Assembly: GCA_963777605.1 (NCBI GenBank)
Contig: CAVZRV010000013.1
Coordinates: forward strand, 32,001 to 96,000
Length of the DNA: 64,000 nucleotides
Direction of reading: 5' to 3'
Source of the DNA: an uncultured Acidobacteriota bacterium
Lineage (GTDB): Bacteria > Acidobacteriota > UBA6911 > RPQK01 > JAPXNP01
Each line of letters opens with the position of its first letter. The first letter of the stretch is position 1. Position numbers and translations under genes: made by a program. A model generated the notes under the pieces. It was given only the letters and a program-made list of their open reading frames with translations, was not told where the DNA came from and did no database searches. Positions 20,943 through 30,100 of this stretch are shown piece by piece.

Positions 20943-22061
20943 TCAGACGAGGTGCTGGTGCGTTCTGCTCAGGAGCGGCTGCAGGGAGGTCCCTCGAGTG
21001 CAGGGGACTACGCAGTCTTCGCAGTCAACGCAGGGAGCGGCGTTTCCGGCGAGCTGCCGGTAGTTCTCACGAGCCAGTGAGTTGTCCCGATACCCCTCCA
21101 TGTACATCGAGCACCGCCTGACTTCGGTGACCTCGACACCGTGCGGGCAGAGTCCGTTACAGGATCCGCATCCGCTGCAGTGCAGGTCTGCCGTCGCCTC
21201 GACATAGCGATCCAGTTCCCGCTCCTCCCACAAGGCGAGTTTCTGGCCCATGACGGTGAGGTTGGCGTCGAGCTGCTGAAAATCGCGGGTTCCGGGCACG
21301 GCGCAGGAGATGTTCTTGTTTTCCAGTACCCATTTCAGGGCGGCCTGGTGCGGGGTCAGTCCTCCTTGAGGATTCGGAAAATCGCCCAGTTGAGTCTTCA
21401 TCGCGGTGATGCCGATTCCGGCAGCCGCAGCTTTCTCGATGGCGGCCAGTAGACGCGGGTTTGAAGCGGAGTAGTTGAACTTAACCAAAACCGTGTCATA
21501 GACGCCGGCATCGAACACGCTCTCGAGGGTTTCGGCCATGTTGGAATGAGAGCTGACACCGATGAAGCGGGTCTTTCCCTCCTTCTTCGCCTTTTGCAGT
21601 GCCGCAATCGATTCCTCGTTAAAGACCTGGTCGCGGCTGCTCAGGCCGTGAGCAAAGAGGTTGTCCACGTAGTCGGTCTGGAGCCGCTTGAGGCTGATGT
21701 CCAGGTTGTCCAGCATCTCCTTCGTGGTGCCCTGATGGATCTTCGTTGAGATGTAGACCTTGTTGCGGCGCCCCTTCATGGCCCGACCGACCTCGGCTTC
21801 GTTCTTTCCGCCTTTGTACCCGTGGGCCGTATCGAACCAGTTGATGCCCATGTCACCCGCTTTGGCGATGACTTCTTCCGGAGCGACCATGCAACCGAGG
21901 GATACGGTTGTGATCTTCATGCCGGTCTTTCCAAGGGTGCGATAGGTGAGCTGGGGCTGTCCCCCCTGGCTCGCCCGAATAACGGGGGCTGCTACGCCGA
22001 GAGCAATCGCGGCCGGGCCCATTTTCAGGATTTGTCTTCGCGTATGGTTCTTGTTGAACAT
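20943..22061 (-). CDS. Aldo/keto reductase with C-terminal 4Fe-4S dicluster and Tat-like signal
   Basis: TRRQILK, YRTLGKTG, FDTAHGY, SLKRLQTDYVD; CSGCGSCNGLCP and CVDCEDCVVPC. Confidence 0.9.
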   Translation of the reverse strand: MFNKNHTRRQILKMGPAAIALGVAAPVIRASQGGQPQLTYRTLGKTGMKITTVSLGCMVAPEEVIAKAGDMGINWFDTAHGYKGGKNEAEVGRAMKGRRNKVYISTKIHQGTTKEMLDNLDISLKRLQTDYVDNLFAHGLSSRDQVFNEESIAALQKAKKEGKTRFIGVSSHSNMAETLESVFDAGVYDTVLVKFNYSASNPRLLAAIEKAAAAGIGITAMKTQLGDFPNPQGGLTPHQAALKWVLENKNISCAVPGTRDFQQLDANLTVMGQKLALWEERELDRYVEATADLHCSGCGSCNGLCPHGVEVTEVRRCSMYMEGYRDNSLARENYRQLAGNAAPCVDCEDCVVPCTRGTSLQPLLSRTHQHLV

Positions 22062-22238
22062 CGTTCTTCCTTCCGGGGTCGGGCAGTGTTGTTCCCTGCT
22101 GATGGAAAACTCGGTGTAAATAAGAATGTCAAGGTTTACACGGTCTCTATGTTGTCAATGATTAATTCTAAACAGAGGATTCGGTCTGTGCAAGCAGATA
22201 ATATAGGTGGGAATCCCGGCGGTTGGCGGCCGGACGAG

Positions 22239-22970
22239 TCAACTCATGTACCAGCCGCCATTTACGTTGATCGTCTGGCCGGTAATGTAGCCATTGCGGG
22301 CCAGCATGACCACGACGTCAGCGACTTCTTCGACGGTACCGAAACGCCCGACGGGAATGATATCCGGGCGTATCCCGGGGAGCGCCCGGACCATGTCGGT
22401 TTCGACCAGCGCGGGCGCAATTGAATTGACCGCGATTCCTTCCTTGCAGAGGAGGTTGGCGTAGGAGCGGCTCAGGCCCAGGATGCCGGCCTTTGAAGCG
22501 GCGTAGTGTGGGCCGACAACGCCTCCCGTCTGGGCTGCCACTGAAGAAAGATTGATGATCCGTCCCCAGCGGGCCTTTCTCATGGACGGAAGAACGGCCT
22601 GGGTGACCAGAAACACCGATTTGAGGTTCACAGTCAGGACTTCGTCCCAATCTTGTTCGGTGACCTCGTCGAGCGGTTGCGGGCGGGTGATCCCGGCGTT
22701 GTTGACCAGCACTTCGATCGGGCCAATTTCCATCTCGACGACCCCGATCATCTGCGCCACTTCCCGGGAGCGGGAGACGTCAGCCTGGACGCAGATCGCC
22801 CGGCTTCCCGAAGCCTTGATCTGCCCCGCCACCTCTTCCGCATCTTCCCGGTGGCTGAGGTAGTTCACGGCAACACTCACTCCGGCCCGCCCCAGTGCCA
22901 GGGCCGACGCCCGTCCAATTCCCCGGCTCGCGCCGGTGACCAGTGCTACACGTCCCTGCAGTTCGTCCAT
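22239..22970 (-). CDS. Short-chain dehydrogenase/reductase (FabG-like)
   Basis: TGASRGIG, NNAG, YAASK and ITGQTINVNGG motifs. Confidence 0.92.
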   Translation of the reverse strand: MDELQGRVALVTGASRGIGRASALALGRAGVSVAVNYLSHREDAEEVAGQIKASGSRAICVQADVSRSREVAQMIGVVEMEIGPIEVLVNNAGITRPQPLDEVTEQDWDEVLTVNLKSVFLVTQAVLPSMRKARWGRIINLSSVAAQTGGVVGPHYAASKAGILGLSRSYANLLCKEGIAVNSIAPALVETDMVRALPGIRPDIIPVGRFGTVEEVADVVVMLARNGYITGQTINVNGGWYMS

Positions 22971-23156
22971 ACTGAAATGCTAACAGGTGACACGCCCCAA
23001 ATTCGACCGTAAATGCCCGCCGAAAAACAGTTTTGGTCGAGGTCTGGCACTTTTTCCCCATCAACCAGCTCTCGACCCCGTTTGAAGACACCTGGGCTGT
23101 TGACTGGCCCCTAATTCGGTGCCAGACCTGGAAAAATAGTCTTTATGCGTAAATGG

Positions 23157-25724
23157 TTAGAAGTCAATTCGGTGCGTGTCACCGAATTTGAGGCGTTGGA
23201 GGGCGTTCCAGAGGAGCAGGAAGGCGAAACGGGGTAGAAAGAGGATGACTTTCGCCGGTGGGAGCAGGATTGCCCGCCAGAGAGGCAGATGAGAACCAAA
23301 TCGGCGGTTGCGGCGGAAGTTGGCCAGGTTTCCCCATCGTACGTAGAAGCAGTCCAGGTCTTCGTTGAAGGCGAGGCGACTGCGCGCAGGAATCATCCAG
23401 AACAGCAACTTGTGCTTGAGAAATATGCGTCGGCCGGAAAACAGGGCGGCAACTACGTCCGGTCTCCGACCCATGAATTTGCGGAGTTTGAACAGGTTGG
23501 CAAAGACCGCTCCTCCCCGGTACGTGACCACCGCGTCAACATCCGGTTGCCCGCGGTAGGAAGCTTCTCGTTCTTCAGCACAGAAGACCGTAATGCGGGC
23601 GTGAGGGACGACGTGAGGGCGGCGGACGATCTCGAGTGCCTCGAGCATTTCGGGTGTCCCTTCAGTCTCGAGCAAGAGCACATCGTGAGCGAAGGGTTTG
23701 GCAGCTTTGAACGCGAACGGTTCCATCCGGAAGAGTCGTGGCCAAGTGAATGAGTTGAGCCAATACCCGTCGAGGCTGGCGTTGAAGATGAGCTGACGTC
23801 GGAACGAGGAGAACAGGAACAGCAGCTTGGCCCAGCGGAAAACAGGGCGGCCGGAAAAGACGGCAGACGATACCTGCGGACGGAATTTCCGGATTTTCCT
23901 CCAGGTTCGAAAGCCCTCGCCGAACGAGAGCTTTTCTGGAAACGGAAGAATCTCGACATTGTCCTGCCGGGGGGCAATTGAATCGGCGTCCCGGGCGCGG
24001 CAAATGAGCATTATCTGCGCATCGGGATAGAGTTGGGGACCGTTGAGGCGTTGATAGACTTCTTTCAGTGCCGGCGCCACCTCGGTCTGGACGAGGAGCA
24101 CGCGGGTGCGATCGACGGGTGTGGCGATGCCGAACCGCAGCGGTTCCCGGTGGAAGAGCCTGGGCAGGGTGGTGGGGGTGAGCCAGTACCCGTCTAGACC
24201 GGCGTTGAACACCAACTTTCGGCGCAAGGTCGCCAGGTGAAAAAGGAGCTTGGCTCCCCGGAAAACCGGACGTCCGGTGAAAACGGCACTGGAAACCTGG
24301 GGCCGAAAACGGCGAATCCGGCGCCAGGTTCGAAAAAGAGTGACCGGGGAATTCCGTCTTGGAAAGGGAACGATCGCCTCGACTCCCTGGAGATCGTAGA
24401 AGTGCTGGCGGTCCTCGTCACGGCAGATCACGAGAAACTGGGCGCCCGGGTAGAGCCGGGGCCTGGTCAGCGCTGCGTGAGCGCCCGCCATGTACTCCGG
24501 GATTTCGGTCTGAACGAGGAGCACGCGGGTGCGGTCTTCGGTGTTGGAAACACCGAAGACTTGCGGTTCCCGTCGCAACGGACGGCGCCAGGTCCGCAAG
24601 GTCAGCCAGTAGTCGTTCAGGCTGGCGTTGAACACGAGTTTCCGGAGACTGCCGGTGAGGAGGAAGAGCGCTTTACTGGAACGGTAGACGGGTCGTCCGG
24701 TCAGGGGCGCCGCGTTAAAAGTGGGGTGGAATTCCTTGATGCGGCGGCGATACCGTTTGAAGTGCCGCCAGTTCAGAATACCGGGAATCACCAGCAATTC
24801 GTCCACCGCCGCCTGTTTCTCCAGGTACTTCGCGTCCTCCGGTCGGGCCACAACCAGAATGCGGCAGTCCGGAAACAATCGGTGTTTCCGGAGTCGCTCG
24901 GCACAGGCTGCGACGTACTCGCGGGAAGCGGTCTGGATGAGCAGAATCCGGGCGCCGAAGCTGCGGCGGGGTTCCCGATTGCGGATCCGGTTGAGCAGGA
25001 ATCGAGCAAGGCTGCGAGAGCTGGAGTAGAAGAACTCTCCGTTCTCGTTGATGATGAGGAGCCGGGGAACTCTCAGGATAAAAGGCAACAGTTTCAATTT
25101 GAGGAGGTGAGGCTCGCCGGTGAAATAGACAACGGCCCCGTCGAAGCTCTGCCGGCGCAGGGAGCGCCAAAGTGCGAATAGCTTTCCCTTCGAGACCCGG
25201 GTCAATTCAGCCTGCGCGGGAATCAGTTGCAGCAGGGTTTCACGGTTGGCCTCCAGGTGTCCGGGGTGGGCGGACTCTATCAGGAGCAGCTTCTCGCCCA
25301 GGGGGCGATGGGGAAAACGCTGCAGGTATTGCGCGAACGAAGGATCGGGTTCGGCCAGTGGAAGGGCCATCGATCGAAGGAGCGCTACGCGGGTCATCGG
25401 GCGCAAGGTGCCCCGGTAATCGACCCATTGATGATTCCCGCTAAGGGATCGAGCGGCCTGCTTGATTCTCCGGTAACCCCGGTTGAGGAGAGGGTAGACC
25501 ACCAGGCTGAAATCGTCCGTTGCCGGAAGTTCGCGCAGGTAGTGGATGTTCTCACCCTGGAGCAGTTGTTCGGCGTAAAAACGGACCTGCGGATGGTCGA
25601 GCGCCAGTCCTTCGATTTCCCAGTCGGGGTGGAGTTCCTGGAGATGTCGCCAAACGAAGACCCACTGGGGAATATTGCAGCACTGTACGAGCAACACCCG
25701 GCGACGGGATTTCGACTCAGCCAC
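23157..25724 (-). CDS. Protein built of six tandem ~140-aa repeats resembling the GT9 N-terminal Rossmann half
   Basis: Recurring (R/K)(V/I)LL(V/I)(Q/E)T...F(T/S)GRPVF...KLLF...LVFNAxLDxYW units. Confidence 0.75.
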   Translation of the reverse strand: MAESKSRRRVLLVQCCNIPQWVFVWRHLQELHPDWEIEGLALDHPQVRFYAEQLLQGENIHYLRELPATDDFSLVVYPLLNRGYRRIKQAARSLSGNHQWVDYRGTLRPMTRVALLRSMALPLAEPDPSFAQYLQRFPHRPLGEKLLLIESAHPGHLEANRETLLQLIPAQAELTRVSKGKLFALWRSLRRQSFDGAVVYFTGEPHLLKLKLLPFILRVPRLLIINENGEFFYSSSRSLARFLLNRIRNREPRRSFGARILLIQTASREYVAACAERLRKHRLFPDCRILVVARPEDAKYLEKQAAVDELLVIPGILNWRHFKRYRRRIKEFHPTFNAAPLTGRPVYRSSKALFLLTGSLRKLVFNASLNDYWLTLRTWRRPLRREPQVFGVSNTEDRTRVLLVQTEIPEYMAGAHAALTRPRLYPGAQFLVICRDEDRQHFYDLQGVEAIVPFPRRNSPVTLFRTWRRIRRFRPQVSSAVFTGRPVFRGAKLLFHLATLRRKLVFNAGLDGYWLTPTTLPRLFHREPLRFGIATPVDRTRVLLVQTEVAPALKEVYQRLNGPQLYPDAQIMLICRARDADSIAPRQDNVEILPFPEKLSFGEGFRTWRKIRKFRPQVSSAVFSGRPVFRWAKLLFLFSSFRRQLIFNASLDGYWLNSFTWPRLFRMEPFAFKAAKPFAHDVLLLETEGTPEMLEALEIVRRPHVVPHARITVFCAEEREASYRGQPDVDAVVTYRGGAVFANLFKLRKFMGRRPDVVAALFSGRRIFLKHKLLFWMIPARSRLAFNEDLDCFYVRWGNLANFRRNRRFGSHLPLWRAILLPPAKVILFLPRFAFLLLWNALQRLKFGDTHRIDF

Positions 25725-28023
25725 GGTCCCTCCCCGTATTATTCTGCGCGGCTTTGCGATAGAGGTCGCTCATTTGCCGGCCCAGGATGTCCCAGTCGTA
25801 ACGATTCTCGGCTATCTGGCGACCCCGGTCCCCGAGGACGCGGCAGAATTCGGGATTGCGCAAGAGAGCAACTGTCCAGAGGGTGAACTCGTCGGGCCTG
25901 TCGGCAATCATGATGTTCTCGCCGTGAATGGCCTCGATCCCTTGGCAGGCCAGGCTGGTAGCGACCATGGCTTTGCCGACCGACCATCCCTCCAGAATCT
26001 TGCCACGGATTCCGACTCCGGTTCGGAGCGGAACGACGACCACAGCCGCGCGCTCGTAATACTGCTGGATGTCATCGACAAACCCGGTGACCGTGATATT
26101 GGGGTGCTTTTCGAGCCGCCGAATCTCCGGCGGCGGGGAGGATCCGACGATGTAGAGGTGGGCGTCGGGAATCTCGTCGAGGACCCCGGGAAGGATTTGG
26201 CGCGTGAAGAACTTCATGGCGTCGAGATTGGGAGCATGTCGGAAAGCCCCGACGAACACCAGAGAATTCGGTTCTTCCCGTGATGACGAGTAGGCAAAAG
26301 CCTGCGTGTCAACGCCGGTGTTGACCACTTCGAGTGGCGGCCTGACCAGGTAGGGTTCCAGGTATCCCCGGTCCTCTCCGGTCACACAGATCACGTGGTC
26401 CACCTGCCGGCACAGCTCAACTTCGCGGTAGAGCGTCTGCAGCGTGTTGTAGTACAGGCGGGGCTTCCTGAGCGGATTTTCCTCTACGCCGAGCAGGGTG
26501 CGGTGGGCGGCGTAGTTCACCTCGATTTCGGTCACCAGACGCGGAATGTCCCGAAAGAGGTCGGCGTAGAGCACCATCTGCGTCCACTCGAAGTGGACCA
26601 GGTCATAGTCTTCTTCGCAGAGGAGTTCCTTGATTTTCTGGCGCATCTCGGGGACGTTGAATTCCTCGAAGGGCTCGTAGGCGAACCAGGAAAGGGGCAG
26701 ATACCCGCGTCGCAAAACGGTCTCAACCCGCCGACAGACGGTTTCGGCCTGGTGCAGAAAGCGCAGGTCGCTGTCGTCCTCGACGAAGGTCAGCAGGGTC
26801 ACCTCGAAGTCCTGGGCCACGCGCTTGAGAAGTTGGAAAACTCTTCCCGCCCCTCCGTGAGTGCCGAGGTGGGGCAGGTACGCGCTGACGATGAGGAGGC
26901 GCAGCGGGGCTTCTCCGGCACGCCGAACCGGCGTGAGCCGGGGCTGAAAGCGATTGAAGTAAAGAAACGGGGCGCGACTCCAGGAGAAAATCTGCCGGTC
27001 TGTGAATGCCCGCGGCGGTTCCTGCGTCCGGAGCCACAGGACTTTCGGGAGTCGACCGAGGGCTCGGAGGTAGGCGGCCGGCCGGACCCACTTGGTCAGG
27101 TTGAGCGGAAACAGGAGCAGGTGGGGAACCAGGGTCCGGAGTTGGAAATTTCGCCAGATGTACCAGAGCCGCCTCTCTTCGACGACAATGGCCAGTTCCT
27201 TCTCAGTGAAACGCCGGGACGTGCTGCTGCGGTGCTTGTGCAGCACTCGACTCTCGGCGGCGAGGAACACCTTCCAGCCTCTGCGCCAGGCCCGGTAGCT
27301 GAGGTCGGTGTCTTCGAAGTAGCAGGGGGAAAAGAGGTCGGAGAACCCCCCGAGCTGGAGGTAGCAATCGCGACGGAATGCCGTGGAGCCCCCTCCGCCC
27401 CAGAGCACGGGGGTCCGCTTCCGGGTGTAATGGTAAGGGCGGATCTCGGCATGAGCCAGGTGAAGGAAGCCTTGCCGGAAGCGCCCCTCGGTCTGGCCGG
27501 TTTCCTCCCGCCGCTTGCCGGGGGGAAACTCGACCTGGGCTGAAACGGCAAAGACTCCAGGATCGGCGAAACCGTCGAGGAGTGGCTGCAGGAAGTCCTT
27601 CGACACGATCATGTCGTTATTGAGCAGGACCACGACCGGGTGAGTTGCCGCTTCGACGCCCCGATTGTTTCCTTCGGAGAATCCGAGGTTTTCCGGCAGT
27701 TGCAGCAGGTCAACACCAGGGTGGTGGTCGCGGAGCCATTCCACGCTGTCGTCCGTGCTCCCGTTGTCTACGACCAGGATCTGGTGACCTCCGCCGACAT
27801 GCCGGACCGCGCGTTCCAGGGCGGGGATGCACTCTTCGAGAAGATGCCGCCCGTTCCAGTTCAAGACCAGGAGCGTGGCCGACGGATTGGCGAGAGGCTC
27901 GAGGGGTTGCGCCTTGCGCTGCCACGGAGATGCCGCCAGGCGCACTACCTCGAAGATGGCGAAAACCGCCAGCAGGATGAGCTGGAGTGGGAGCAGGACG
28001 ACCCACAACAGGACGCGCTTCAT
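25717..28023 (-). CDS. Bifunctional glycosyltransferase (GT2 + GT4)
   Basis: LNWNG, VVDNGSTD, NLGFSEGNN, LLNND and YFEDTDL (GT2); FVGAFRHAPN and GIRGKILEGW (GT4). Confidence 0.92.
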   Translation of the reverse strand: MKRVLLWVVLLPLQLILLAVFAIFEVVRLAASPWQRKAQPLEPLANPSATLLVLNWNGRHLLEECIPALERAVRHVGGGHQILVVDNGSTDDSVEWLRDHHPGVDLLQLPENLGFSEGNNRGVEAATHPVVVLLNNDMIVSKDFLQPLLDGFADPGVFAVSAQVEFPPGKRREETGQTEGRFRQGFLHLAHAEIRPYHYTRKRTPVLWGGGGSTAFRRDCYLQLGGFSDLFSPCYFEDTDLSYRAWRRGWKVFLAAESRVLHKHRSSTSRRFTEKELAIVVEERRLWYIWRNFQLRTLVPHLLLFPLNLTKWVRPAAYLRALGRLPKVLWLRTQEPPRAFTDRQIFSWSRAPFLYFNRFQPRLTPVRRAGEAPLRLLIVSAYLPHLGTHGGAGRVFQLLKRVAQDFEVTLLTFVEDDSDLRFLHQAETVCRRVETVLRRGYLPLSWFAYEPFEEFNVPEMRQKIKELLCEEDYDLVHFEWTQMVLYADLFRDIPRLVTEIEVNYAAHRTLLGVEENPLRKPRLYYNTLQTLYREVELCRQVDHVICVTGEDRGYLEPYLVRPPLEVVNTGVDTQAFAYSSSREEPNSLVFVGAFRHAPNLDAMKFFTRQILPGVLDEIPDAHLYIVGSSPPPEIRRLEKHPNITVTGFVDDIQQYYERAAVVVVPLRTGVGIRGKILEGWSVGKAMVATSLACQGIEAIHGENIMIADRPDEFTLWTVALLRNPEFCRVLGDRGRQIAENRYDWDILGRQMSDLYRKAAQNNTGRDRG

Positions 28024-29367
28024 TGCTGCAGTTCCATTCGAGAGATCATCACACCAAGCTGGCGCCGGTCGTTGGCGTTGTCCGGGACGAACGTCCGGTC
28101 GCACCGAATTTCAACCTCGAAGAGGCGGCGCTCCGAGTCGGAAAAGGGTATCAGGAAGGTCGCTTCGAAGGTCTGCCCGGCCTGAATCGGCTTTCTCCCG
28201 ACCCGGAGTCCCTTCAACCAGGATGTCGAGCGCATTTTCCCGCGGGGAGAAACCCTCCACGTGAAGATAGTGAACCGAGTCCCGGCTCTGCAGGTAGCAG
28301 ACGGCCCGCCCCCCAATCCAGCGAATGGGCCGTTCTTGCGATTCAGGCCAAAACCACCCCGGTCCCAACTGATGGTTGAAGGGAGGGTTCGAAAAGTCGA
28401 TGGCTGGAGCGAACTCTTCGATCGGCTCCGCGCTCGGTTGAGCACTCTCGTAGTACCAGTCCTTGCGGAGTTTTCGGCGCATTCTGGAACGGTCTTCAGT
28501 ACGGACCAGGATGGGCCAGAATTCGGCGTGCAGGAGCCATCCGAATCCGAGGTAGGCGAGCCAGCCGTAGAGCGGGTGCAGGTCCAGATAGTCCTTCCTG
28601 TCCAGGCCGCAGGGCAGTTCGTGCAGCGACGCCAGCCCGGCCCTGGCAAGGGCCTTTTTCAGGAAGCCCGGTCGCATCAGCGGGATATTCCGAAACGTAA
28701 TGTGCTCGCGCAGGAACTCCGGGTTCCGCCAGCCGATGTAGCGATCGGCCAAAGCCACAGGCAGAAACTGTGGTCCGTTGAGTTCGGAGTGAGCATCGTA
28801 GGGATACCAGAAATTCGGGGTCGTGAAAAAGACCATCCCCATCGGCCCGAGGACTCGCCTGATTTCGCTGAGAAACGCCTCCTGCCAGGGCTTTCCTCCG
28901 ACGAGATGCTCGATGACGTCGAAGGCGATGACAAGGTCGAAACTCGCGTCCGGGAAGGGGAGTTCGATCCCGCTGCAGCGAAGATAGGCACGCCCGTCCG
29001 CGGGGACGGAGAACTGGAGCACGTGGGTGTGGTAGTCGGCCCCGAAATACTCAGCCCCGCGGGCCGCGAGGATCTCGCCGAGGCCCCCCGTTCCGCAACC
29101 GATATCCAGAACCCGTCGTCCTTTCAGTTCGGTCAGGACGATCGACTCAAACTGAGCCAGCAACTCCGCGTTACGCTTTCGGCTGGCCTGCCAGTATTCG
29201 ACCCAGCGACGGAACGCTGCGCTGTTTCTCGACCCGTAGATGGCTTCAGCAACCGCCTCGATTGAGGCGAGGTCGGCCGACCGCCCGGAGATCCCCGGAG
29301 GAAGCTTCCGGCCAGCCGCCGAGTCGCCCGGATTTTCGGTTTTTGAATGTGACGACCGTCGCACCAT
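28020..29367 (-). CDS. Class I SAM-dependent methyltransferase with C-terminal beta domain (+1 frameshift near 28212)
   Basis: VLDIGCGTGG, LPFPDASFDLVIAFDVIEHL and FTTPN motifs. The C-terminus DRRQLGVMI lies in the shifted frame and overlaps the GT start. Confidence 0.85.
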
Positions 29368-29484
29368 AGTCAACCAAAAAACGTTAAGATGCATCCATAT
29401 AAGACGATATAGCGCTATGGAGCAACACTGGCAGCGAGAGACTCGAGGATACTGGAGCCCATATCGTTTCGAAACGAGGATTCT

Positions 29485-30100
29485 ATGACAAGAGGTGCGA
29501 GGCTTGTAGCGACACTCGCGGCGTTGTGCTGCGTGCTGGGGACGACATCGTTCGGAATTTCGGTACGCACGGTCAACCTGGGTGAGATGGTCGGTGCGTC
29601 CGAACGGATCTTCTACGGCCGCTGCATCGGAGTGGCCGATCTGGGTGACGCTGGATATGGAGTCCCGGTGCGACTGTACCGGTTCCAGGTCCTGGACGGG
29701 CTGAAGAACGCGGCCACGGGAGACGTGGTGGAGTTTCGCCAGGTTCGGGGGCGGGGGCCCGGGGCTCGCATCCCAGGAGTCCCCGAATATCGAAAGGGGC
29801 AGGAACTGATGCTCTTTCTCTATCGCCGACTCGAGGCTGGGCCTCACCAGCCCGGTTGGGATGCAGCAGGGTGTATTCCGCACGGAACGCCTGCGGTCGG
29901 GTGAAGTCGGGTTCATCAACGGTTACGAGAACCGGAACCTGGCCCAGGGCATGACCCAGCAGGCGGCCGCCGGAGCCGGCCTGACCCCGGCTGAGTTGCA
30001 GGATCTGAGCAGCGGGGCGCCGGTCCCGCTTGACCGGTTTCGGAACCTGGTAGACAAGCTGGACCGCCACTCGGGGCTCTTTCAGGAGGCTGTGCAGTGA
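29485..30100 (+). CDS. Secreted hypothetical protein (+1 frameshift near 29824)
   Basis: Signal peptide; VNLGEMVGASERIFYGRC...PEYRKGQELMLFLY, continuing SRLGLTSPVGMQQGVF in the shifted frame. Confidence 0.7.
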
